64,000 bases of DNA from the NCBI GenBank assembly GCA_038150265.1, contig JAYOTF010000004.1, positions 32,001 to 96,000 of the forward strand. Reading direction: 5' to 3'. A model generated the notes under the pieces. It saw nothing but the letters and a program-made list of their open reading frames with translations. It searched no databases and was not told the origin of the DNA. Every line of letters begins with the position of its first letter. Positions within the stretch are counted from its first letter, which is position 1. Source of the DNA: Deltaproteobacteria bacterium. GTDB lineage: Bacteria; SAR324; NAC60-12. Of the stretch, positions 39,900 to 50,220 are shown one piece after another. The position numbers were made by a program, and so were the translations under genes.

Positions 39900-41044
39900 A
39901 GGCTCCGGCCGATCAGCTCCTTCATGACCTCGTTGCTGCCCCCGTAAATTTTCTGGACGCGCGCGTCAGTGTACATGCGGGCAATCGGGTACTCGTTCAT
40001 GTATCCGTACCCTCCATGAAGCTGCAGGCAGGCGTCCACGATTTCATTCTGCTTCTGGGTGCACCACCACTTTGCCATTGAGGCCGTTTCGTTGTCCAGC
40101 TCCCCCCGGCACAGGCGCTCAATGCAGGAGTCCAGAAAGACCCGGGCAATGTGCGTCTCGGTCTTGCATTCGGCCAGGGTGAAGCGAACGGTCTGCAGGT
40201 CCAGGAGTCGTTTGCCAAACGCCTCGCGGTTCCGGGTGTGTTCCACCGTGATGGCCACCGCATGCTCCATCGCCGCAACGCCCGCCACTGCCAGGGCCAG
40301 ACGCTCCTGCGGAAGCTGCTGCATGAGGTAGTAGAAGCCCTTGCCTTCCTCGCCCAGCAGATTGGCAACGGGCACCCGCGCATCGTCAAAGAACAGCTCC
40401 GAGGTGTCTGCCGCCTTCATGCCCATCTTGTCAAGGTTCCGGCCCCGCTGGAATCCGGGCGTGTTTTCGGTCTCCACCACCAAAATGGAGATGTTCCGGG
40501 AGCCCTTGCCTTCTCCGGTCTTCACACAGAGCAGAATCAGGTCGGCATGCTGTCCATTCGTGATGAAGGTCTTGGCGCCATTGACCACATAGGTGTCGCC
40601 CTCTCGGACCGCTCGGGTCTGGATGTTCTGCAGGTCCGAGCCGGCCCCGGGTTCGCTCATGGCAATCGCAGACACCCGCTCGCCCGAGGCCAGTTGCGGC
40701 AACCAGCGCTGCTTCTGCTCCTCAGTGCCGTAGTGCAGCAGGTAGTGCGGACAGATGGTGCTGTGCACCGGGTACCCCAGGTTTCCGCCGATACCGGATT
40801 TTTCGAGCTCCTCAATGACCACGGCTTCATGCGCAAAGGTGCCCCCCACGCCCCCATACGCTTCCGGAATGCTTGGCAGCAGCAGGCCCATCTCTCCGGC
40901 CTGATTCCAGGCCTCGCGGTCCACCTGTCCCTGCGCCAGCCAGCCCTCAAGCCTGGGGACAAATTCACGCTCCAGAAACTTGCGGGTGGTCTCGCGGAGC
41001 AGGCGCAGTTCCTCCGTTTCCCAAGTCGGGGTATAGGCTTTCAT
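39896..41044 (-). CDS. Acyl-CoA dehydrogenase (long-chain type)
   Basis: AIAMSEPGAGSDL, NGAKTFITNG, QLHGGYGY, IYGGSNE. Confidence 0.95.
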   Translation of the reverse strand: MKAYTPTWETEELRLLRETTRKFLEREFVPRLEGWLAQGQVDREAWNQAGEMGLLLPSIPEAYGGVGGTFAHEAVVIEELEKSGIGGNLGYPVHSTICPHYLLHYGTEEQKQRWLPQLASGERVSAIAMSEPGAGSDLQNIQTRAVREGDTYVVNGAKTFITNGQHADLILLCVKTGEGKGSRNISILVVETENTPGFQRGRNLDKMGMKAADTSELFFDDARVPVANLLGEEGKGFYYLMQQLPQERLALAVAGVAAMEHAVAITVEHTRNREAFGKRLLDLQTVRFTLAECKTETHIARVFLDSCIERLCRGELDNETASMAKWWCTQKQNEIVDACLQLHGGYGYMNEYPIARMYTDARVQKIYGGSNEVMKELIGRSL

Positions 41045-41120
41045 GATGCAACTCCGTAAAATGATGGCAGGCGCGGGTTCTCCCGCAGTAGCTTAAGTGC
41101 AACCCCCAAAAAGAACAACC

Positions 41121-41993
41121 ATGGAACCTCCTGCTCCGTTCTACCTGGGATGCCCCGAGTGGGCCAATGCCGACTGGCGCGGAAGCCTCTTTCCGGAAGG
41201 GGCCAAACCTGCGGACTTCCTCCGCGGGTACGCCTCCGTCTTCAATACCGTTGAAGGCAACACCACCTTTTACGCCTTGCCCCGAGCCGAGATCATCGCC
41301 CGCTGGAAGGACGAAACTCCGGAGACCTTTCGCTTCTGCCTGAAGATGCCCCAGCGGCTTTCGCATGAACTCCGGCTGCAGGGCGTCGAGGCCGACCTGA
41401 CCCAGATGTTCCGGACCTTTGCTCCGCTGGAGAGCCGGCTGGGCCCCTTGTTCCTGCAACTCCCAGCGTCGTTTGGCCCCCGGGACCTTCCGGCGCTTGA
41501 GGCCTTTCTGGAGCAGCTTTCTGCCGACTTCCGCTATGCCGTCGAGGTTCGGCACCCGGAGTTCTTTTCCCGAGGTCCGGCCGAAAACCGGCTCGATGCC
41601 CTCCTGCAGCGGCACCAAGTGGCACGGATGGTCTTTGACACCACCGAGCTGTATTCCAGCACCGAGACGGATCCGGACACGCGTGAGGCCCAGCGCAAGA
41701 AACCACGGGTGGCGTTCCGGGACACCGTGACCACCGACCACGCGCTGGTCCGTTACGTTGGGCACCTGGAGGACTCGCGGAACCTGCCGGCGCTCCACCG
41801 CTGGGCCGATCAGGTCGCCCGCTGGATTCAGGCGGGCCTCACCCCGTGGTTCTTTGTGCACACGCCGGGGGACCGGACGGCTCCGGAGCTGGCCCAGACG
41901 TTTCACCAGCTTGTTCGGCAGCGGCTCCCAGAGCTTCCGGAGCTGCCCGCATTTCCGCAGGATCCGGAGGCCGCCCAGCTGAGCCTCTTCTGA
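41121..41993 (+). CDS. DUF72 domain protein (YecE-like)
   Basis: FNTVEGNTTFYALP, FLQLP..FGP, AVEVRH, FVHTP. Confidence 0.9.
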   Translation: MEPPAPFYLGCPEWANADWRGSLFPEGAKPADFLRGYASVFNTVEGNTTFYALPRAEIIARWKDETPETFRFCLKMPQRLSHELRLQGVEADLTQMFRTFAPLESRLGPLFLQLPASFGPRDLPALEAFLEQLSADFRYAVEVRHPEFFSRGPAENRLDALLQRHQVARMVFDTTELYSSTETDPDTREAQRKKPRVAFRDTVTTDHALVRYVGHLEDSRNLPALHRWADQVARWIQAGLTPWFFVHTPGDRTAPELAQTFHQLVRQRLPELPELPAFPQDPEAAQLSLF

Positions 41994-41999
41994 AACGCG

Positions 42000-43304
42000 C
42001 TACCAGTACCGCAGCGCCCCCTGAAACAGGTCCCGGACATCGGCTTCACTGAGCGGCAATGGCGCATTGACCAGCAGGCGCTGCTGCGCCCATGCCCGTT
42101 CCGTGAGGGCAGGCAGGTCGGCTTCGGTGTAGCCCAGCCCGGAAATGCCATTGGGCAGCTGGGCCTGCTGCATGAGGTGGATCACTTGCTGCGCCAGGGC
42201 TTCTCCGGCATCCGCTCGCGCCACGTCTCGGATGTCCATGCCCAGCGCCTCTGCCGCCTGCAGGTGACGCTCTGGACACGCGGGGCCGGTCTTCCGAAAC
42301 ACGGCGGGCGCATTGACGATGACCGACGTTCCATGCGGCACCATCGCATGATCGCCCGGCCAGCCATCCGGAGGCAGCTCCTTGGCCAGCCCCGCCACCG
42401 CATACGACATCCCATGCGGAACATGGCACCCCGCGTTGCCAAAACCAATCCCGGCCAGCATCCCCGCAAACATCAGCCCCTCCAGCGGCTCCAAGGCCTC
42501 CGGATCCGCCAGGGACGGCAGCAGGTGCTCGCCAATCAGACGGATGGAGCGCAGGCAAGCCAGGTCGCTGTAGGGGTTCGCCCCTTGACTAAGCGGGCGC
42601 TGAGTCGGCGTCTCCGGAGCCGGGCGGTGCGTAAAGGGGCGGGCCGTCACCGACTCACAGGCATGGCTGAAGACATCCAGCCCGTTTGCCGCCCGGACCG
42701 CTGGGGGCAGCGTCTGCAGCGCCGACGGATCCAACACCCCCAGGCTCGGACGAAGCGCTGCGTGCGAGATTCCGGACTTCACTCCCAGCTCCAGAAAATC
42801 ACAGATCGCAATGCCTGTGCACTCGCTGGCCGTCCCAAACGTCGTGGGGCAAGCAATGTGAGGCTTCAGCGGTCCCGGAACCGGCTGGGCGCGTCCAATC
42901 GGAGCGTTGACGTAGGCAAACAGGTCTTCGGGCCACGTCGAGTAGAGGTTTGCCGCCTTTGCCGTGTCCATGCACGAGCCGCCTCCGACTGAGAGAAAGC
43001 CATCAAAGCGTCCCTCCTGCGCAAAGCGGGCACCGGCCTGGAAGGCCCGGTCGGTTGGCTCCACCTCAACTTCAGCAAACACGGCCACATCCAGCCCTTC
43101 GCGCTCCAGTGCCTTCCGGACCGTTTCCACGGGCTCCAGGTGCTGCACCCGCGGGTCGGTGAACAGCGCCACTCGGGTCATCCCGAGCGCCTTTGCATCC
43201 GCTCCAACCTCCTGGAGCGCGCCCCAGCCGAATTTGATCTTGGGGGCTTCCACGGTGAAGGCACGGTCGCCGCCTTCGCTGAAGGAAAAGTAAGCGTCCA
43301 GCAT
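42000..43304 (-). CDS. Hydroxyacid-oxoacid transhydrogenase (ADHFE1-like Fe-ADH)
   Basis: GGGSCMDTAKAANLY, YVNAPIG, PLKPHIACPTT, HACES, GFGNAGCHVPHGMSY, VPHG. Confidence 0.88.
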   Translation of the reverse strand: MLDAYFSFSEGGDRAFTVEAPKIKFGWGALQEVGADAKALGMTRVALFTDPRVQHLEPVETVRKALEREGLDVAVFAEVEVEPTDRAFQAGARFAQEGRFDGFLSVGGGSCMDTAKAANLYSTWPEDLFAYVNAPIGRAQPVPGPLKPHIACPTTFGTASECTGIAICDFLELGVKSGISHAALRPSLGVLDPSALQTLPPAVRAANGLDVFSHACESVTARPFTHRPAPETPTQRPLSQGANPYSDLACLRSIRLIGEHLLPSLADPEALEPLEGLMFAGMLAGIGFGNAGCHVPHGMSYAVAGLAKELPPDGWPGDHAMVPHGTSVIVNAPAVFRKTGPACPERHLQAAEALGMDIRDVARADAGEALAQQVIHLMQQAQLPNGISGLGYTEADLPALTERAWAQQRLLVNAPLPLSEADVRDLFQGALRYW

Positions 43305-43361
43305 GGTTCCTCCTTGGAAATCAGGTGAGAGGGGGATCTGACGATCCCGTTGGGCGGGAAA

Positions 43362-46300
43362 TCAGGTGGCTTCCGGAGCCGTGTAGCCTGCAGGCGCGAC
43401 GCCCACTTGGTTGCCGCCTTGCTCCTGAGCGAGGTCAACGGCATGCTCCACCGCCAGGATCAGGTTCTTGCGGGTCAGGGAGTCGGTCAGCGCTTCCGGA
43501 TAAGACGCCACCCCCATGGTCACGCTGACCTTGAAGTGTGTGTCCTTCCAGACAAAGTCGAAGGCCTGGATGTCATCGTGGATCTTCTGGGCAAAGTCCT
43601 GGGCGGCGATGGAGTCCATGCCCTTCATGGCCACAATCAGCTTCTCACCAAAGTAGCGGGACGGGATGTCGCTCTTCCGGCAGTGATTCTGGACCAGGGT
43701 CGCCAGCTGCTTGATGACGTAGTCGCCCCCTTCAAACCCGTGGGTGTTGTTGACGTCCCGGAAGTGGTCAGGATCCACCAGCACCAGAGACAGCGGCGTT
43801 TGCCGCTTGCGGGCTTCCTTGATCAGCCCTTCCACATGCTGGGAGAAGGACTCACGGGTGGCCAGCTGCGTCAGCTCGTCCAGCTCGATCTTCTGGCTAC
43901 CGGCATCCTGCTCGGCAGCCTCCAGCAGGTCTTCCACCGTCAGGGTTTCGCCTTCGCTGTCAGGGAAGGCGCCAACTCCGACACAGACGGACACATGGAA
44001 GGTCTTGTCCTCCCAGGTAAACTCGTGCTCATTGATGAGCCGCTTCACCTTGTTGGCGTAGCTCTGTGCCGCCTGTCGGTCGAGGTTCGGCAACGCAATG
44101 ATGACCTTCTCACCATGGTAACGGGCCGGGACGTCAGACTTGCGGGCTTGCTCCTGCACCACCTGGGCAAAGGTCCGGATCACCTCGTCGCCACACTCGA
44201 AGCCGTACTTGTCGTTCACCAGGTGGAAGTTATCCGGATCCACCACCACCACAGAGAGGGGGTTGTCGCTCTGCTGCGCCTTGGCCAGCAGGTCACCGAG
44301 GGTGCGCATGAAGTAGGCCCGGTTCGGAAGCTGGGTCAGGTCGTCGGTGTAGTTGTCAATGGCGGCATCCACCTGGTTGCCCCCCTTCTCCTGGGCCAGC
44401 TCCACGGCATTCTCAGCGGCCAGCACGAGGTTCTTGCGGGTCAGGTTGTCCTTGAGCACCTCCGGATACGAAGCCACCCCGAGGGTCACGGGCACACTGA
44501 AGTGCTCCCCACGCCAGATGAAGTCGTAGTCCATGATGTCGCGGTGGATCTGGTTCGCAAAGTCCATTGCGGCGGCGGTGTCCAGATTCCGGAGCACGAC
44601 AATGATCTTCTCGCCAAAGTAACGGGCCGGGATGTCGCTCTTGCGGGTATGCTTCTTGACCATCTTCGCCAGTTCCTGAATGACGTAGTCGCCCCCCTCA
44701 AATCCGTAGGCATTGTTGATGTTCTTGAAGCTGTCCGGATCCACCAGCACCACCGCGAGGGCATGCTGCTTCTTCTTCGCCTCCTCGGCCAGGTCGTCAA
44801 AGAGCCGGTTGAAGGTGTCGCGGGTGGCCAGCTGGGTCAGCTGATCGATCTCGATCTTCTGGGAACCGGCATCCTTTTCTGCGGCGGCAATCAGCCCCTC
44901 CACACTCAGGTTCTCCTCACCGATGTCCGGATACGACCCCACTCCGACGCTAACGGTGACCCGGAACATCTTGTCTTCCCACACAAACTCGTGCTCATTG
45001 ATCAGGCGCTGCACCTGCTGTGCGTAGTTGCGGGCGGCCTCGAGGTCGAGGTTCGGAAGGGCAATGATGACCTTTTCCCCGGTGTAGCGAGCGGGAACGT
45101 CCGCCTTGCGGGCATGGCGCTTGACGACCTCGGCAAAAGTCCGGATGACTTCATCGCCACACTCAAACCCATACTTGTCGTTGACGAGGTGGAAGTTGTC
45201 TGGATCCACCAGCACCACCGACAGAGCGCCCTTGGTGCGCTGCGAGCGGGCCACAAAGTCGCCCAGACGCCGGAGGAAGAAGTCGTGGTCGAAGAGCTTG
45301 GTGAGGTCGTCGATGTCTTCCGGACGGACCTGCTGGAAGCCCTTGATGTGGATGTTGCCCAGCAGCTTCTTGGCCAGGTTCTGGAACGGTTCAACCGTCA
45401 GACCGACCGCGACCAGGAGCACCACCTTGAAGTAGAAGGAGTCTTCGGCCAGGTCGTCCACATAGGGCTCTGTGGTCGCATCCAGAAACGCGAACAGGAC
45501 CATGACCACGACCGCAACAATGTAGTCGGAGATGTTTTCGGAGTACCCCATGCCCCGGAGCACACCGGAGATGAGGAGCAGCACCATCAGGAAGCCCAGC
45601 TGTGCCGAGTAGAACCACCACGTTTCATACCAGGGGGGCTCCACCACAAAGGTGAAGGACACCGGTTCACTCCGGGCCCCATCCTTCCGCATGGCCTTGA
45701 CGTGGAAGACGTACTCCTTCCAGGTCAGGTTCGTGTATTCGCGGAAGGGGCGTATCGACCACTTGGACCAGTCATCCTCCATCCCTTCAAGGTAGGTCTG
45801 GTACATGACGTCGCTCGGGTAGGTGTAGTCGTTCGAGGTAAAGGTAAAGCGAACGGCGTTCTGCTCATAGGGCAGGATCCGGGTCGTCAGCGGAGACTCG
45901 TTCCGGACCGCAATCCCACCGAGTTCCTTGAAGAAGTTTCCGGCAAAGAGGTTCACCTCGTCCTGGATGCTCTCCACCTGCCGAATGAGGGGGGTGAACT
46001 CCGGATCCTCTCGCACCAGCGGGGGGCGGGCCGAGACAAACATCTCCACATCTGGAGGAACCGTCGGGGGCTCTTCCAGGGGGATGAAGGCATAGACACC
46101 GGCGCTGCTCGCGAGCCAGGTGTTGTCCTTGAGGTCCTGAAAGATGCTGAAGACGTTCTGCTCCGGGATGTGCATCTTCTCCAGCACCGTCACCGTCTCT
46201 TCATTGAAGTCGAGGCGGACAATGCCCACTCGGTCCACCGCAAGCAGAAACACGCCGGGCGACACCTCGGTTCGGGCGGTCACCAGGTGGTTCTCAAAGA

Positions 46301-47078
46301 CGTCCTGATTTTCGTACTCCAAAAACGTAAAGGCTTCCCGCTCCGGAGTGCCTTCATTCGCCGGGGAGTCAAGAGCCGGGTCATACAGAAGCAGGCCCTT
46401 GTCCTGAGTCACCAGCAGCAGGCGCCCGCCCGGAAACGGCAGCATGGCGTGAGCCAGGAAGAAGTTCCCCTCCGGGACGTTGCGCAGAACCCCATCCACA
46501 ATGCGCATCAGACCATAGTCGCTGTCCAGGACGTAGAGGGTGTCGCCGATGGGGGTCACCTTGTAGAGGTAGCCCTCGGTTTCAATTTGGGTAAACACCC
46601 CATCCTTGTAGCGCAGCAGCAGCTGCTCGAACAGGAACAGCAGCTCGCCATCCGGACGCTTCAGGCTCTCCAGCAGCGGCCCCAGCAGCTCCCAGTCCTC
46701 CACCTGAATCTGGTCCTTGAGGGAGATATACGTGGTTTAGCCGTCGCTGTTCGGCGGCAGGTAGCCCAGCTCGCCGTAGCCCCCGACAAATACCCGTCCG
46801 TTGTCATCGGTGATCAGGCTGGAGCCCCCGCCATCACCAGGCATCTTGATGAGCCGCCAGGTGCTGCTGTCAAACTCATAGACCCCATTGAAGGTCGCAA
46901 AGTACATCACCCCACGGGAATCCTGAGTGGCATCCCACACCACGGGCTCCGCCTCGTAGTTGGCCACCGCGTACTGGCGCAACACGCCCACGTCCCAGCG
47001 GTCAAACGCCTGGGCGCTGCCTCCGAGCAGGAGGAGCAAGGTGATGATGATCCCGAATCCGTATCCCCAGCGCTTCAT
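43362..47078 (-). pseudogene. Membrane protein: signal peptide, propeller-like region, Y_Y_Y domain, 3 TM and four tandem degenerate GGDEF domains; interrupted by one in-frame TAA at 46737-46739 (pseudogene or sequence error)
   Basis: ORFs 46737-47078 and 43362-46703 are in the same frame, separated only by the TAA and 11 sense codons (...GYLPPNSDG*TTYISLKDQIQVEDW...). Y_Y_Y: YQTYLEG..DDWS..YTNL..EYVFHVKA, PPWYETWW. GGDEF positions read TGEKV, FGEKI, HGEKV, FGEKL. Confidence 0.8.
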
Positions 47079-50000
47079 TTACTCAATCTCAAAGGTGATG
47101 AAACGGGTGGAACGGTTGTTGACCCAGTCGTCAACCTGAATGTCGAGGGTGATGCTCCCCCGGATGGGGAGGCGGCTGATGGCCCGGCGGTACAGGCGTT
47201 TGTTGCGACCATTCAGGGAATAGAACACCTCCCGAACTCCACTTTGCGGATCCTTGGTGTCAATGTGCAGCAGGCTGCCCCGTCTGATGAAGAACTTCCC
47301 GTCACTTTCCCGGAAGGGCGGCGTGCTGCGGATCGCCACTTCCGGGTTGGTGGCATCGACCATGAAGCTCAGGGATTTCTGTTCCTCGGTGTTGCCCACC
47401 TCATCGACCGAGTAGTAGCTCAGCTCGTACCGTCCAGTTTCCTTGATGCGGATGGGCCCCTTGTACGGCTGCTGCTTGCCGCCGTTGATGCGGTAGACCG
47501 TTTGGCGGATGCCCGCTCCTCCATCAGAAGCCAGGAGGCGGATCTCGGTGTCCGCATTGAGGTACAGCTCCCCCCGGTACAGGTACTGCGTGCCCACCAC
47601 CTCATGAGACGTCACCGGAGCGGTCAGGTCGAGGTAGAAGTCCTTCGATTGCCGAGGAGTCGTGTTTCCCACCCGATCCAGCGAGCTGAAGGAGATGGTG
47701 TGCCGGCGCTCCACCTCCGGAAGCCCGAAGGTGTTGGTGTACGGCTCCATCTCGCCCGTGTCAAAGGCATAGAGGATCTTGAGGACTTCGCTGGACTTTT
47801 CCTTGGCACTGAGCGAGAAGGTCGTGGTCCGAGAGACATAGGTCCGGCCATTGTTCGCAAGGTGCTGCTCGCCCCGGACCCGCAACGAAACGGCAGGAGG
47901 CTCGTGGTCCAGCGAGAAGTTCAGCTTCCGGACCGTCTCCTTGTTCCCCACTTCATCGACCGCGTAGTAGGTCAGCAGGTGGTCGCCTTCCGGCAGGTTC
48001 CGGAGGGTCGCTGCCGTCAGCGGACGTCGATAGAGCTGCTCGGTGCCGTTGTCAAAGGAGTAGTAGATCCCGGCCACGCCCGAGAGGCCGTCGTCAGACC
48101 TCAGCTCAATGGTGGTTTGAGAGGAGAGGGTGCTTCCGAAGAAGGCGCCTTCAACCGTGTGGGTGGTCAGGGGCGGAGCCAGGTCGATGCTGAACTCCAT
48201 GGAGCGCACCTTTTCGGCATTTCCCACCTTGTCCAGGGCGTAGTAGCTGACGCGGTACACCTTCTCGCTGAAGAAGAGCTTGATCGGCTCCTCATATTCC
48301 ACAAATCCGGAGCCATCAATCGAGTAATAGAGAGCTTCCACGCCCGACTGCTTTTCCTTGCCTGCATCGCGAGCCGTCAGTTCCAGCACCAGGCCTTCAC
48401 TGTAGTACGTGGTGCCCCCTCGCTCAAACTTGTTGGCCCCCTTCAGGCGAGCCGTGGTTCGAGGATCCGTGTCGTCAATGTTGATCCGGAAGAGCCGCTT
48501 GGTGCCCGGAATGCCCACCCCAAGGGCCTGAGAGCCCCCCTGGCTGAAAAACAGCGACTGCGGATCCTTGTCGTCCGGATCATAGGCCATCTGGAAGTAC
48601 GGAGCATCCTCTTCCGGAGAAACCGAGAGGCGGAGGAAAAACTCCAGACCCGCGGCGCCCATGAGTCCATGCTCATCGCTCACAAACCAGTGCTTGCGGT
48701 GCGAGACCCGCCCGTCGGGACCAATGGAGCTTCCGGCCGCATCGTCTCCACCCGACTCGCCGGCACCCGCCCAGCGGGCCTGATCGACGCGGACCAGCAG
48801 CACCTGTGGTTTTTCCTGATTGTTGACGTTGTCAATGGAGTAGAAGCGGATGGTGTAGTCGCCGTCTTCACTCCAGCTCAGAGGCTGATCGTACGGCTGA
48901 CACTCCTGATCGTTGATGCAGATCATCGTCTTCTCCACCCGAGATTCCAGGTCGGTGGCTTCGAAGAAGATGGAGGTGCTGGGGCCAATGATGACGGTGT
49001 CATCATTCCACGACGATGACCCGGAGATGCGGTATCCGGTGGTCGGAGGGGTGCCGTCTACGTAGACCCGCCGGCGGTAGATGCCTTCGTTTTCCGCCTT
49101 GTCGGAAACACGGGCGCCAATCCAGTGCAGCCCGGCTTTTTGAGGAGGCAGAAAGGGATCGGTGTACGGAATCCACTCCGCATCATCCAGGTTGTAATCG
49201 AGGCTCTTGATCTCTGAAAATTCGTCGCGGGCCACCAACCGGATGGGCGATGAGCTGGAGACGTAAACCACGCCATCTTGCCGGTATTCGCGACCCTCCA
49301 CCTTGATCTCCAGCTCCGGAGGCTGGTTGTCATGCTGGAAGGGCACCGTCTGCCACGCCTCAGCGTTCTTGACCCGGTCCACGGCGCTGACGTAAAGCGT
49401 GTGGGCGCCCGGAGGAATGTCCTTCATTTCCAGTGGCTTCCGGTAGACCTGCTCCTTGCCTTCATCAATGCGGTAGCGGATCCGGTCGACTCCGGAGGCC
49501 CCATCTTCGGCCTGGAGCACCAGTCGTCCTGCTGTGGCAACCGCCCGGTTCAGGTGCGGTCCTTCCGGAATCACCTGGGTCACCGGAGCCGTCAGGTCGA
49601 CCACCAGGGTCAGGTCCTGAAGCGGCTCCTCGTTGCCCACATGATCGACGGAGAAGTACTTGAAGGTGTGCACCCCATCTACGGCCAGGTTGAGCTTGAG
49701 GCCTGCGGCAGGAACGTAGGGTTTGCCTTCATACGAGACCCAGGTCTTCCAGACTCCGGAAAGGGCATCGGTGGGGACCAGCTCAAACTGGGAGTTCTGC
49801 CCAATGAAGTCGCGCTCCGGGGTTTCGTAGGAGGGGGTCTCGGGGTAGTTGGGTTGGGTTTCCGGGGGGGTGCCGTCGCCAATGACCGTGTAGGCTTCCG
49901 ACTTCACCGCCAGGTTGCGGACCAGGTTTTCCCCTTCTTTCAGCGGAATGCCGCTCTGCTCCTTGGGGTCGGGAACCGAGACCGCGTCTTCCGCCTCAGG

Positions 50001-50204
50001 CTGGAGCGCCAACCCGAGGAAGACCGGCTGCCGCAACGGGGCATACGTGATGCCGTCATCGTTGACGTAAACCCGCGGCTGATGCTGAGGAGCCTGTGGC
50101 CACTGGCGTTCCTGAGCCTGCAGCGGTCCCCACGCCAACAGAGCCCCCAGCAACCCGACGGTTCTTAACCCATGCCACTTTGCCACCAAGCAAGCTCCGA
50201 ACAA
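47079..50204 (-). CDS. Large secreted protein with about 9 Ig-like (OmpL47-type) repeats
   Basis: Signal peptide; repeated D.xSG...Y..DG...Y...(Y/F)xxDxVGNxE...DxxPP units. Confidence 0.8.
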   Translation of the reverse strand: MFGACLVAKWHGLRTVGLLGALLAWGPLQAQERQWPQAPQHQPRVYVNDDGITYAPLRQPVFLGLALQPEAEDAVSVPDPKEQSGIPLKEGENLVRNLAVKSEAYTVIGDGTPPETQPNYPETPSYETPERDFIGQNSQFELVPTDALSGVWKTWVSYEGKPYVPAAGLKLNLAVDGVHTFKYFSVDHVGNEEPLQDLTLVVDLTAPVTQVIPEGPHLNRAVATAGRLVLQAEDGASGVDRIRYRIDEGKEQVYRKPLEMKDIPPGAHTLYVSAVDRVKNAEAWQTVPFQHDNQPPELEIKVEGREYRQDGVVYVSSSSPIRLVARDEFSEIKSLDYNLDDAEWIPYTDPFLPPQKAGLHWIGARVSDKAENEGIYRRRVYVDGTPPTTGYRISGSSSWNDDTVIIGPSTSIFFEATDLESRVEKTMICINDQECQPYDQPLSWSEDGDYTIRFYSIDNVNNQEKPQVLLVRVDQARWAGAGESGGDDAAGSSIGPDGRVSHRKHWFVSDEHGLMGAAGLEFFLRLSVSPEEDAPYFQMAYDPDDKDPQSLFFSQGGSQALGVGIPGTKRLFRINIDDTDPRTTARLKGANKFERGGTTYYSEGLVLELTARDAGKEKQSGVEALYYSIDGSGFVEYEEPIKLFFSEKVYRVSYYALDKVGNAEKVRSMEFSIDLAPPLTTHTVEGAFFGSTLSSQTTIELRSDDGLSGVAGIYYSFDNGTEQLYRRPLTAATLRNLPEGDHLLTYYAVDEVGNKETVRKLNFSLDHEPPAVSLRVRGEQHLANNGRTYVSRTTTFSLSAKEKSSEVLKILYAFDTGEMEPYTNTFGLPEVERRHTISFSSLDRVGNTTPRQSKDFYLDLTAPVTSHEVVGTQYLYRGELYLNADTEIRLLASDGGAGIRQTVYRINGGKQQPYKGPIRIKETGRYELSYYSVDEVGNTEEQKSLSFMVDATNPEVAIRSTPPFRESDGKFFIRRGSLLHIDTKDPQSGVREVFYSLNGRNKRLYRRAISRLPIRGSITLDIQVDDWVNNRSTRFITFEIE

Positions 50205-50220
50205 CCTGAGTTTGATCTAT

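Noticed and set aside
46737..46739. Selenocysteine or pyrrolysine readthrough of the internal stop
   Set aside because: The codon is TAA, not TGA or TAG, and TAA ends other genes in this window normally.
43350..49019. 1889 aa plus-strand ORF
   Set aside because: Antisense shadow of the GGDEF and Ig-repeat genes, expected from high-GC codon bias; it has no motifs.
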